Shown piece by piece: positions 25,869 to 34,114 of a stretch of DNA of 64,000 nt; position 1 is the stretch's first letter, and the number at the start of each line of letters is the position of its first letter. Source of the DNA: an uncultured Gammaproteobacteria bacterium. GTDB taxonomy: Bacteria > Patescibacteriota > Patescibacteriia > UBA9934 > CAMTUG01. Both the position numbers and the translations under genes were made by a program. The notes beneath the pieces are model-generated. The model was not told the DNA's origin. It saw only the letters and a list, made by a program, of their open reading frames with translations, and ran no database searches. The stretch spans positions 3,580-67,579 of the forward strand of contig CAZPQJ010000006.1 of assembly GCA_964588955.1 (NCBI GenBank), in the 5' to 3' direction.

Positions 25869-26347
25869 TCGATACCCCCGAAGGAGTTCTACTGAGCGAA
25901 GGGATTCCGCTCATGCATCTGGAGGGTAGGGCCTCAGTGACCTGCCCGAAGGCTGGTGTGGGGCATGACCGACGAGGGTGTAATGAGTGAGCGAGGCCCA
26001 GTCATTACATTCGCCGATCGATCCTCCTTCGCTCTTTGCAGAGCTTCGGAAGGACTTACTCTCTCCTCCATGTGCATGAACGCAAAACCGCTTGTCTGCC
26101 TTGATCTGTTCTAGAGAGATCAAGTCAAACAAGCGGTAACGAACGGGCACTTGGCTTACCTAAAGATAGATAGCCGTAGCCGTTCGTGTTGACTCTCTCC
26201 CCAGAGAATATATTCAGTTTTGAAGCCGCGTTGATGAGCTCGTAACTCATCTTCGCGAGGGATTACTCTACCACTTTTTTGCCCTTTTGTCAAGAGTTCA
26301 GCGCCACTTCATAGCTAATATTAGCCACTTTTTTCCACCCTCTTTTT

Positions 26348-27202
26348 GTGCTATACTTAGTCAATATGACGGAATCCGCCCATCAGCTGATTGGACACGC
26401 TCGAGCACTCGATGTGCTTAACCGTCTGCAAACCAACGGCCGGTTGGGGTCAGCTTTGTTGATTGTGGGAGCCAATGGGGTTGGCAAGCGCGCGTTAGTG
26501 GAAATCGTTTTCGGCTCACTCGCGACTAATCCCAATGCCATGGTGATTGAACGGGCGTTGAACGATAAAGACGAACTGAAAAAGAATATCAGCATTGATC
26601 AAGTGCGTGATCTGGTTGCTCGCATGGGTTTGAGTACTTTTGGGACGGGAAAAAAGATCGGCTTGATTGACGGCGCGGAATTCTTGTCGATGGATGCTTC
26701 AAACGCCTTGTTAAAAACGTTAGAAGATCCTACCGGCGACACGCTCATGATTTTGCTGGCCACGTCGACGCAAACGATTCCCGCGACGGTTTTGTCGCGT
26801 TGCCAAACAATCTATTTGCCGTTAGTCGCTCGTGCCGAAATTGTTCGCGCGCTCACGGAGCGTGGAGCGAGCGCGACCGTGGCGAACGAGATCGCCGAGT
26901 CTGCCTGCGGCCGTCCGGGACTGGCGCTGCGACTTCTTCAGAACCCCGAGTTGTTGGCACAACGTCGCGAGCAGGCGCAGCAAGTCAAACAATTGATCTC
27001 TGCACCACTCGCGGTGAAACTCGGACGTATTGGCGAATATACAAAAGCAGACAAAGCGGAACTGGAAGCTACACTCGATACGTGGGAAACAACCCTTCAT
27101 GCCGACGGTCAACATCTGCTACTGAAGAAGTTGATCCGCGCCCGTGCCGCCATTCGTCAAAACGTTCATCCAACCCTGGCACTTGAACACGCCTTTCTTT
27201 AA
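26348..27202 (+). CDS. holB: DNA polymerase III delta' subunit
   Basis: It has an AAA+ box (LIVGANGVGKRAL), LLKTLEDP (sensor-1 region, consensus LLKTLEEP) and SRCQ (arginine finger / box VII). Confidence 0.75.
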   Translation: MLYLVNMTESAHQLIGHARALDVLNRLQTNGRLGSALLIVGANGVGKRALVEIVFGSLATNPNAMVIERALNDKDELKKNISIDQVRDLVARMGLSTFGTGKKIGLIDGAEFLSMDASNALLKTLEDPTGDTLMILLATSTQTIPATVLSRCQTIYLPLVARAEIVRALTERGASATVANEIAESACGRPGLALRLLQNPELLAQRREQAQQVKQLISAPLAVKLGRIGEYTKADKAELEATLDTWETTLHADGQHLLLKKLIRARAAIRQNVHPTLALEHAFL

Positions 27203-27213
27203 TTATTTTTTGT

Positions 27214-28260
27214 ATGAAAAAAATCATTCTTCTTTTCGTTGCCTTGTCCTTAACTGGCGCCGGTTGTCTAAACGTCAAAACAAAGTCGGTCGACAATGGT
27301 GGTGTGTATGTTACGAACAACGCGGGTGCCAAGTGGTCGGCTAAATCCTTATTGCCAACGGCAAGTGGCGTGGCTTCCATTGATTCAGCCAACGTCGAAG
27401 CGATCACCTTTGATCCGCAAGATCCAGACACGCTGTATTTGGGAACGAGCGCCAACGGCATGTTGGTTTCGTACGACAACGCGGAGAGCTGGCAGTTGAT
27501 TAAAGAGCCAGAAATGCGCAGTGGAACGGTAAAAAGTATTGCCGTGGATCCAAAAGACGTCTGCACTGTGTACGTGGCCAAAGGAGCGAACCTTATGAAA
27601 ACCACCGATTGTCTGCGTTCGTTCGACACGCAAGCGTTTGTGGAAACGAATGGTAAGGCGGTCGATGTGGTGCGTACGGACTGGTATAACGATCAAAACG
27701 TTTGGCTCGGAACGGCCGCTGGAGACATTGTCAAAAGCACTGATGGTGGAAAAAGTTGGTCAACGCTTGGGCGCCCCAAAGATGCGTTGGTCGATATTCT
27801 GGTTAGCAATGGTGACAGCCGCGTGGTCTTTGCGGTGACTGAAAGCAAAGGCATTTGGCGCACCACCGACGGCGGAGCCTTTTGGCATGTGTTGACCGAC
27901 GAGTTAGCGGCGGTCGGAGACTTGGGCAAAGGACGATTCATGACCCAGTCTAAAGACGGCAGCATTTTCTACTACGTTTGCGAGTACGGCATTTTGCGTT
28001 CGGTCGACCAGGGCGCCAGCTGGTCCGCGCTGACCTTGCTCACCAAGCCAAAGAGCACGGTGATTTATTCCATGGCGGTGAGCCCGTTTGATGCCAATGT
28101 GTTGTACTACAGCACGGCTAACACCTTTTATTCTTCCACCGACGGCGGAGCCACCTGGAACACCCGCGAACTGCCTAGCACCCGCACAGCGACGGTGATG
28201 ACGGTGGATCCAAACGATGCTTCGCTGTTGTTGGCAGGATTTGCGACGATAGAAAAGTAG
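27214..28260 (+). CDS. lipoprotein with BNR/Asp-box repeats (Ycf48-like beta-propeller)
   Basis: The lipobox is LTGAGC. There are at least five SxDxGxxW repeats (YDNAESW, STDGGKSW, TTDGGAFW, SVDQGASW, STDGGATW). Confidence 0.6.
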   Translation: MKKIILLFVALSLTGAGCLNVKTKSVDNGGVYVTNNAGAKWSAKSLLPTASGVASIDSANVEAITFDPQDPDTLYLGTSANGMLVSYDNAESWQLIKEPEMRSGTVKSIAVDPKDVCTVYVAKGANLMKTTDCLRSFDTQAFVETNGKAVDVVRTDWYNDQNVWLGTAAGDIVKSTDGGKSWSTLGRPKDALVDILVSNGDSRVVFAVTESKGIWRTTDGGAFWHVLTDELAAVGDLGKGRFMTQSKDGSIFYYVCEYGILRSVDQGASWSALTLLTKPKSTVIYSMAVSPFDANVLYYSTANTFYSSTDGGATWNTRELPSTRTATVMTVDPNDASLLLAGFATIEK

Positions 28261-28261
28261 T

Positions 28262-28334
28262 AGTTAAAAACTAAAAACAAAAAGTCTAAGGTCCAAACAA
28301 AGCCTAAAGACGAAAGTCTAATGCATAAAACGGT
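28262..28334. repeat. AT-rich repeat, left arm flanking the four-helix-bundle gene
   Basis: It contains agtctaaggtccaaacaaa (28283-28301). The reverse complement of this is at 28705-28723. Confidence 0.45.
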
Positions 28335-28676
28335 ATGTACGAACTAGAAGGTCGTTGTTTGCAGTTCGCTAAAGACGTTAGACTTTTTGTAAAATCTTTA
28401 CCGAAAACCATTGCCAATGCAGAAGACGGCAAACAGCTCATTCGTTCTTCTGGATCCGTAGGAGCGAATTATATTGAAGCCAATGAATCTGTCGGTAAGA
28501 AGGATTTTGTCTTTCGTCTGAAGATTGCCAAAAAAGAAGCTAAGGAGTCCGGGTATTGGTTAAAGTTGATTGATTGCGGATCTGATTCTGCGTTCGTGCA
28601 GCGTGCTGATGCGTTAGTGCAAGAAGCGACAGAGTTGATGTTGATTCTTGCTTCGGTTATTAGAAAGTGTGAATAG
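28335..28676 (+). CDS. four-helix-bundle protein (23S rRNA intervening-sequence protein family)
   Basis: At 113 aa, it has FAKDVRLFVKSLPKTIANAEDGKQLIRSSGSVGANYIEANESVGKKDFVFRLKIAKKEAKESGYWLKL. This matches the remembered TIGR02436 pattern (GANYxEA ... K.E..E..YWL). Confidence 0.6.
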   Translation: MYELEGRCLQFAKDVRLFVKSLPKTIANAEDGKQLIRSSGSVGANYIEANESVGKKDFVFRLKIAKKEAKESGYWLKLIDCGSDSAFVQRADALVQEATELMLILASVIRKCE

Positions 28677-28680
28677 TTTT

Positions 28681-28760
28681 CGCATTCGTTTTTAGTAATT
28701 AGATTTTGTTTGGACCTTAGACTTTAGAATTTAGTCTTTCCTACTTGGCAATTAAGACTT
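28681..28760. repeat. AT-rich repeat, right arm flanking the four-helix-bundle gene; shares modules with 4661-4780
   Basis: gattttgtttggaccttagactttagaatttagtctttcc carries the same two modules as 4726-4760, in swapped order. Confidence 0.45.
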
Positions 28761-28782
28761 TTCGAGCTAAACTAGCCCCACT

Positions 28783-29340
28783 ATGCCAACAACCTATATT
28801 GCCAGTAAAAAACCGGAGTTCGACAAGGTGATTGATCATTTGCGCCAGGATTTGTCGAGTTTGCGTACCGGCCGTGCCAACGCCGCGATTTTGGATTCGG
28901 TTAAAGTCGAAGCCTACGGGGCGATGATGGATTTGAAAGGCGTCGGTTCTATTAGCGTGCCGGACGCCAAGACGATCGTGATTGATCCGTGGGATAAATC
29001 GTTGCTCCACGCCATTGAACAAGCGATTCAAAAGTCTGACGTCGGCATCAACCCGGTCAACGACGGAAAGATTATCCGTTTGACCATGCCGCAAATGACC
29101 GAAGAGAGCCGCATGAAGTTAGTGAAAGTGATGAAAGAAAAAGTAGAAGACGCTCGCGTGGCCATGCGCCAGGTGCGTGAAGCCGTGCGCGATGAGATCG
29201 CCCAACAAGAGAAAGAAAAAATGATTGCCGAAGACGAGCGTTTCAAGTTGCAGGATGATTTGGAGAAGTTTGTGAAAGAGATGGGGGGAGAGATCGACGC
29301 GATTGTCAGCAAGAAAGAAGATGAAATAATGACGGTGTAA
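28783..29340 (+). CDS. frr: ribosome recycling factor
   Basis: It is 185 aa, with the canonical RRF arm (LRTGRANAAILD, DPWDKSLLHAIEQAI), an L-shaped fold signature and a C-terminal coiled coil. Confidence 0.85.
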   Translation: MPTTYIASKKPEFDKVIDHLRQDLSSLRTGRANAAILDSVKVEAYGAMMDLKGVGSISVPDAKTIVIDPWDKSLLHAIEQAIQKSDVGINPVNDGKIIRLTMPQMTEESRMKLVKVMKEKVEDARVAMRQVREAVRDEIAQQEKEKMIAEDERFKLQDDLEKFVKEMGGEIDAIVSKKEDEIMTV

Positions 29341-29341
29341 T

Positions 29342-30667
29342 ATGGCAGACGTGACGATGGAGAAACTGGTGAATTTGTGCAAAGCTCGGGGGTTTGTTTT
29401 CCCGGGCTCTGACATTTATGGTGGATTGGCGAACTCCTGGGACTACGGTCCGCTGGGGGTTGAGTTGAAAAAGAATATTGTCGACGCCTGGTGGAAGCGC
29501 TTCGTGCAGTCGCGTACCGACATGGTCGGCATCGACGCGGCGTTGGTGATGAATCCAAAAGTATGGGAAGCGTCGGGACACGTGGCCACGTTCACGGATC
29601 CCTTGGTGGAATGCAAACAGTGCCATGAACGCTATCGCGCGGATCAAATTGATTTGAACGCAGCTTGTCAAAAATGTGGAAACAAAGGCATGTTCACTGA
29701 GCCAGCGGCGTTTAACATGATGTTGAAAACGTGGTTGGGTCCTAAGGAAGACGCAAGCGCGGTTGCTTATTTCCGTCCGGAAACGGCGCAAGCGATGTTT
29801 GTGGATTTCCCCTTTGTATTGCAAAGTTCGCGCAAGCGCGTGCCCTTCGGCATTGCTCAAGTCGGCAAAGCGTTTCGTAACGAGATTACTCCCGGTAATT
29901 TTATTTTCCGCACCCGTGAGTTCAATTTGATGGAGTTTGAATTCTTCGTTCATCCATCGGAATGGGAGAAGTGGTTTGAGTATTGGTTAGAGGAAATGAA
30001 AGCGTGGTTGAAGTTTCTGGGAGTCAAAGACGGTGAGGTAGTTTTCCACGAAATTGAAGATGGCGAGCGCGCGCATTATTCCAAACGCACCGTCGACATT
30101 GAATATCACTATCCGTTCGGTTTGAAAGAACTATATGGCTTGGCCTATCGTACCGATTTTGATTTGAAACTTCACATGGAAGCGACAGGGAAGGACTTGC
30201 GTTATACCGATCCAAAGACCAACGAGAAATATCTGCCGCACGTTATTGAACCAGCGTTTGGCGTCGATCGATCTGTTCTCGTGACGCTTCTTTCAGCCTA
30301 CACCGAAGAAGAAGCGCCGACGGCGGAAGAAGGTGAGTCGGCGACGCGTGTTGTCTTGAAGTTACCGAAGTCGCTTGCGCCGTACAAAGTTGCGGTCTTG
30401 CCGCTCTCCAAAAAAGAGGAGCTCTCTGGCAAGTCCAAAGAAGTGTTGGATTTACTCTTGCCTAAATTCGCTTGCGACTACGACGAAACGCAGTCGATTG
30501 GCAAGCGCTATCGCCGACAAGATGAAATTGGTACGCCCTACTGCGTGACAGTGGATTTTGAAACCCTCACCGACCAGGCCGTCACCGTCCGCGACCGCGA
30601 CACCATGGCCCAAGAACGCGTGCCCATCGCCGATCTCCCCGCTTACTTCAACAACAAATTGGCTTAA
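29342..30667 (+). CDS. glyQS: glycine--tRNA ligase, alpha2 (archaeal/eukaryote-like) type
   Basis: The N-terminal GFVFPGSDIYGGLANSWDYGPLG, class II motif 2 (FRNEITPGNFIFRTREF) and the anticodon-binding C-terminus identify it. Confidence 0.85.
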   Translation: MADVTMEKLVNLCKARGFVFPGSDIYGGLANSWDYGPLGVELKKNIVDAWWKRFVQSRTDMVGIDAALVMNPKVWEASGHVATFTDPLVECKQCHERYRADQIDLNAACQKCGNKGMFTEPAAFNMMLKTWLGPKEDASAVAYFRPETAQAMFVDFPFVLQSSRKRVPFGIAQVGKAFRNEITPGNFIFRTREFNLMEFEFFVHPSEWEKWFEYWLEEMKAWLKFLGVKDGEVVFHEIEDGERAHYSKRTVDIEYHYPFGLKELYGLAYRTDFDLKLHMEATGKDLRYTDPKTNEKYLPHVIEPAFGVDRSVLVTLLSAYTEEEAPTAEEGESATRVVLKLPKSLAPYKVAVLPLSKKEELSGKSKEVLDLLLPKFACDYDETQSIGKRYRRQDEIGTPYCVTVDFETLTDQAVTVRDRDTMAQERVPIADLPAYFNNKLA

Positions 30668-30669
30668 CT

Positions 30670-32073
30670 ATGGAACGCATTGCGCCGCAGTTTGAACGCC
30701 GCGTCGTTCCAGAGGACGAAGAAAAGACAGAGGTGGAAGCACCCCACCAACCTCGTGGTCTTTTACAAGACTCCTGCGTTGCGAGTTCTCGTTGGACACG
30801 TCGTGAATTGACGATGTTGCTTGCGTTCGCTTTGGGTACACCAACTGTCTTGGGAGCGGAATATGTGGGAGTGACGGAATATAATAAGGATGTCGCAGAA
30901 AAGCGCGAAGAACAAGAAACAATGGAAAGTCTTACTGAGGCGTTCCAAGCATCGGCGGAGATCGCGCAAGAGACCCCGTCCATTCGCACCTTGTTTGGAG
31001 AGGAAGCGTCTCATGCCCTCACGGAGGCCGTTCGCGAATTTCCTATTGAGGCGGTGATGCATGCCTTGTCGGAGAAAAGTGGTATTCCTGTTTCGGAACT
31101 CGTGAAGCGTACGCAGTTCAAAGGGGTGCGCTTGCATACGGATGCGGATTTGCATGAAATGCGACAAATGGCGGATCAGATTGCCGACGAAGAAACGCGT
31201 CGTCAACGCCAACATGATTTAGAAAATATTGGATTCAATATTTTAGGCCAAGGATTGTTTTTGAATGTGTCACGTTTGGCGGATGCAACGGCGAGTCCAC
31301 AAGAATTACAAGAACGTTTGCAGGATGTATTGATGCACGAATTCAACCACAGTTGGGTGGGGAGCGAGGGGTTGTATGCCGACGCACGTACAAAAAATCT
31401 TTATGAAGGATTGACGGAAGCTATTGCCACGCGTGTGACAACGGCCGTCCATGGCGGTTCTACATCGTACGATCCGGTCGCTGGGTACATGTACGGTTCA
31501 ACGGCGTTAGCGGAAGTGCTTTTTGCTTCTTTGGGGGAGAGGGTCGTATTCCACGCGTATGTCACGGGAAATCTGAAAGAGATTCAGGAAACCTTTGATG
31601 AGAAGTACGGGACGAAGGCGTTCGACCGGTTGTTGCAAAATGGCGCGACCTCGGACAAAGAACAGGAAAGTAAATACGGTCTCATTGCTCCGTTGGCGAT
31701 GGTGGCGGATGTGTTTGGTGACAAAGCGCCAACATTGGTTGAGGAAGCAAATCGTCATTTAACGGCAGAGCAAATTCATCTGTTTAAACAAGGAGATATG
31801 CGAGGTGTTTTTCTTGTTTCCGATCTGTCCGAAACCGGATTTACGAACGGCTTGTTACGCGTGGAAGGAAGCGACAAGGTTGCGTTATTCGACAATGAGA
31901 ATAAAAATGTCGCGTCGTTGACGGATCAGGCGAGTGGAGTCGTTTACGTGTTTGCTGATCTTCATTCTTCTGGTTTTACCTCGGCACATCAAGAGCCTGG
32001 AACGGTTGATGCCCAAATCACTGATTTAATCACGCAGCGTGAATCGGAACTTCGCACCCAGCTTGGTTCATAA
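30670..32073 (+). CDS. hypothetical protein with HExxH-like motif (HEFNH)
   Basis: At 467 aa it has an acidic low-complexity N-terminus and a possible signal/TM (LTMLLAFALGTPTVLGA). The motif LMHEFNHSW suggests a zinc-metalloprotease-like fold. No family is assigned. Confidence 0.45.
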   Translation: MERIAPQFERRVVPEDEEKTEVEAPHQPRGLLQDSCVASSRWTRRELTMLLAFALGTPTVLGAEYVGVTEYNKDVAEKREEQETMESLTEAFQASAEIAQETPSIRTLFGEEASHALTEAVREFPIEAVMHALSEKSGIPVSELVKRTQFKGVRLHTDADLHEMRQMADQIADEETRRQRQHDLENIGFNILGQGLFLNVSRLADATASPQELQERLQDVLMHEFNHSWVGSEGLYADARTKNLYEGLTEAIATRVTTAVHGGSTSYDPVAGYMYGSTALAEVLFASLGERVVFHAYVTGNLKEIQETFDEKYGTKAFDRLLQNGATSDKEQESKYGLIAPLAMVADVFGDKAPTLVEEANRHLTAEQIHLFKQGDMRGVFLVSDLSETGFTNGLLRVEGSDKVALFDNENKNVASLTDQASGVVYVFADLHSSGFTSAHQEPGTVDAQITDLITQRESELRTQLGS

Positions 32074-32079
32074 AAGTCT

Positions 32080-33363
32080 ATGATGAAATCCCATCTTTTA
32101 AAAAACGGCGCGCGCGTGCACGTGGTGCCGGTGGAAGGAACCGCGGCGACGACGTTGTTGGTGTTGTTTAAAGTTGGATCGCGTAATGAGCAGCTCAAGG
32201 TGTGGGGCGGGTCGCATTTTGTGGAGCACCTCATGTTCAAGGGCACCAAGCGCCGGCCGAAGACGCTGGATATTAGTCGCGAGTTGGATCGTTACGGCGC
32301 CGAGTACAACGCCTACACGGGCAAAGATTTAACCGGCTATTACGTGAAGATTGAAAGTGGGAAAATTGACGTGGCCGTGGATTTGTTGCACGACATGTTG
32401 TTTCATTCGAAATTTGACGCCAAAGAAATGGCGCGCGAGAAGCAGGTGATTATTGAGGAGATCAAAATGTACGAGGAGAATCCGATCATGCATATTGAAG
32501 ATTTGTTGGAAGAGGCGATGTTTGACGGTCACGTGCTTGGACGCAACATTGCTGGTACGGCTAAATCGATGATCGACATGAAGCGGGAAGACGTGATCAG
32601 CTATCACAAAAATTATTACGTCCCGGAAAACATGGTGGTGGTGATGGCCGGCGCGGTGCCTAGGGGGGCGCTCAAAAAGATTGAACGTAGTTTTGGTTCC
32701 GTGGCCAAACGCTCCATCAAGCGTCTCGATGAGCCGTTCGCTGGTAAACGCCCGCCGAACCGTTTGCGGGTACGGGTGCAAAATAAACCAGTGGAGCAGA
32801 TTCAGGTGGCGATCGGTTTCCCCACTCCTGGACGTGCGCACAAAGACGCTGAGGCCTTGAAATTACTTGGGGCAATTTTGGGCGGTACGATGAGTTCGCG
32901 ATTGTTTGTGGAGGTGCGGGAAAAACGCGGCTTGTGTTACACCGTTCGTGCTGGAGTGGACAGCTACGACGATGTGGGAATGTTCACGGTGCGTGCCGGG
33001 CTCGACGCCAAGCGTTTGAGCGAGGCGATGAAAGTGATTATGAGTGAGTTGAAAAAGGTGGTGCGTTCGGGCGTAACCGCCAAAGAGTTGCGCATGGCTA
33101 AAGATAATATTAAAGGTGGAATGCTCTTGCAGTTGGAAGATTCGTCTGCCAGCGCGGAGTTCGTGGCTCGCCAAGAATTGTTTTTGGGCGAAGCGATGAC
33201 GGCCGAAGAACGCATGAAGCGCTTTGAAGCGGTGAAGGGGAGTGATGTGTTGCGCGTTGCTCGCGCGGTGATCGATTTCACGCAAATGAGCGCCGCGGCG
33301 ATCGGGCCGTACAAAACCCCGGCGGAGTTTGTAAAACATTTTCCTAAATCCTCTTTCGCTTAA
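32080..33363 (+). CDS. M16-family (pitrilysin-like) zinc peptidase
   Basis: The inverted zinc motif is HFVEHLMFKGT (HxxEH), with a downstream E (EE in EIKMYEENP). Confidence 0.75.
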   Translation: MMKSHLLKNGARVHVVPVEGTAATTLLVLFKVGSRNEQLKVWGGSHFVEHLMFKGTKRRPKTLDISRELDRYGAEYNAYTGKDLTGYYVKIESGKIDVAVDLLHDMLFHSKFDAKEMAREKQVIIEEIKMYEENPIMHIEDLLEEAMFDGHVLGRNIAGTAKSMIDMKREDVISYHKNYYVPENMVVVMAGAVPRGALKKIERSFGSVAKRSIKRLDEPFAGKRPPNRLRVRVQNKPVEQIQVAIGFPTPGRAHKDAEALKLLGAILGGTMSSRLFVEVREKRGLCYTVRAGVDSYDDVGMFTVRAGLDAKRLSEAMKVIMSELKKVVRSGVTAKELRMAKDNIKGGMLLQLEDSSASAEFVARQELFLGEAMTAEERMKRFEAVKGSDVLRVARAVIDFTQMSAAAIGPYKTPAEFVKHFPKSSFA

Positions 33364-33364
33364 T

Positions 33365-34114
33365 ATGAAATGGATTGTCGCCAACTGGAAGATGCAACTT
33401 GGACATTGTGCCGCGGTTGATTTGACCAAGACGCTCAAGAAATCGCTTGGAAAAGCCAAGGCGCAGATTGTGCTCTGCCCATCGTTTACGGCGATCGAGG
33501 CCGTGGGTGCCGTACTCGACACAAGTTCTCTCGCTTTGGGAGCGCAAAACGTGTGCGCGGAAATGGTTGGCGCGCGCACGGGGGAGATTTCGCCACTGCA
33601 TTTAGGTGAGCTTGGCGTGCAGTATGTGATTGTTGGTCATTCCGAGCGCCGTGCCCATGGCGAAACCGATGCGGAGGTCAATCAAAAAGTTATTTCCGTC
33701 TTGTCTGCGGGCATGACTCCGATCATCTGCGTTGGCGAAACAAAGGCGCAGCGCAAAGCGGGAAAAACTAACGCGATCGTAGCGGCGCAAGTTAAAGCCG
33801 CGCTCAAAGGATTGCACACCCGCCATCGCGAGCGATTGATCTTTGCCTACGAGCCCGTGTGGGCCATCTCCTCACAAGCGGGGAGCAAGCCCGCCATTCC
33901 CTCCGACGTCGTCCCGGTGCACCAGATGATTCGCCGCACCGCCCTTGCCGCCATCAAAGGGATCAAAGCTTCACAAATCTCCGTGCTCTACGGCGGCAGT
34001 GTCGACGCCAAAAACGCCCGTGCCTTCCTTAGCGAGAAGGAAATCGATGGTGCGTTGGTTGGTGGAGCCAGTCTTGACGCCGTGGCCTTTAAGCGTATTG
34101 TCGAGAGCCTATGA
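33365..34114 (+). CDS. tpiA: triosephosphate isomerase
   Basis: ANWKM at the N-terminus, VIVGHSERR (catalytic His), AYEPVWAIS (catalytic Glu) and YGGSV are present. Confidence 0.85.
   Translation: MKWIVANWKMQLGHCAAVDLTKTLKKSLGKAKAQIVLCPSFTAIEAVGAVLDTSSLALGAQNVCAEMVGARTGEISPLHLGELGVQYVIVGHSERRAHGETDAEVNQKVISVLSAGMTPIICVGETKAQRKAGKTNAIVAAQVKAALKGLHTRHRERLIFAYEPVWAISSQAGSKPAIPSDVVPVHQMIRRTALAAIKGIKASQISVLYGGSVDAKNARAFLSEKEIDGALVGGASLDAVAFKRIVESL

Larger units (their letters stand above)
22990..26250. mobile_element. high-G+C islet of probable foreign origin (element type unknown)
   Basis: G+C rises from ~50% in the flanks to roughly 65-70% by eye. All plausible genes are small, on the minus strand and GC3-rich. 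There are internal paralogous leader repeats. No integrase is seen. Confidence 0.45.

Noticed and set aside
29306-29953. 215-aa minus-strand ORF antisense to glyQS, and similar long antisense ORFs (32863..33579, 34162..34788, 40727..41206, 62726..63016)
   Set aside because: Each overlaps a confidently identified plus-strand gene and has no motif of its own.
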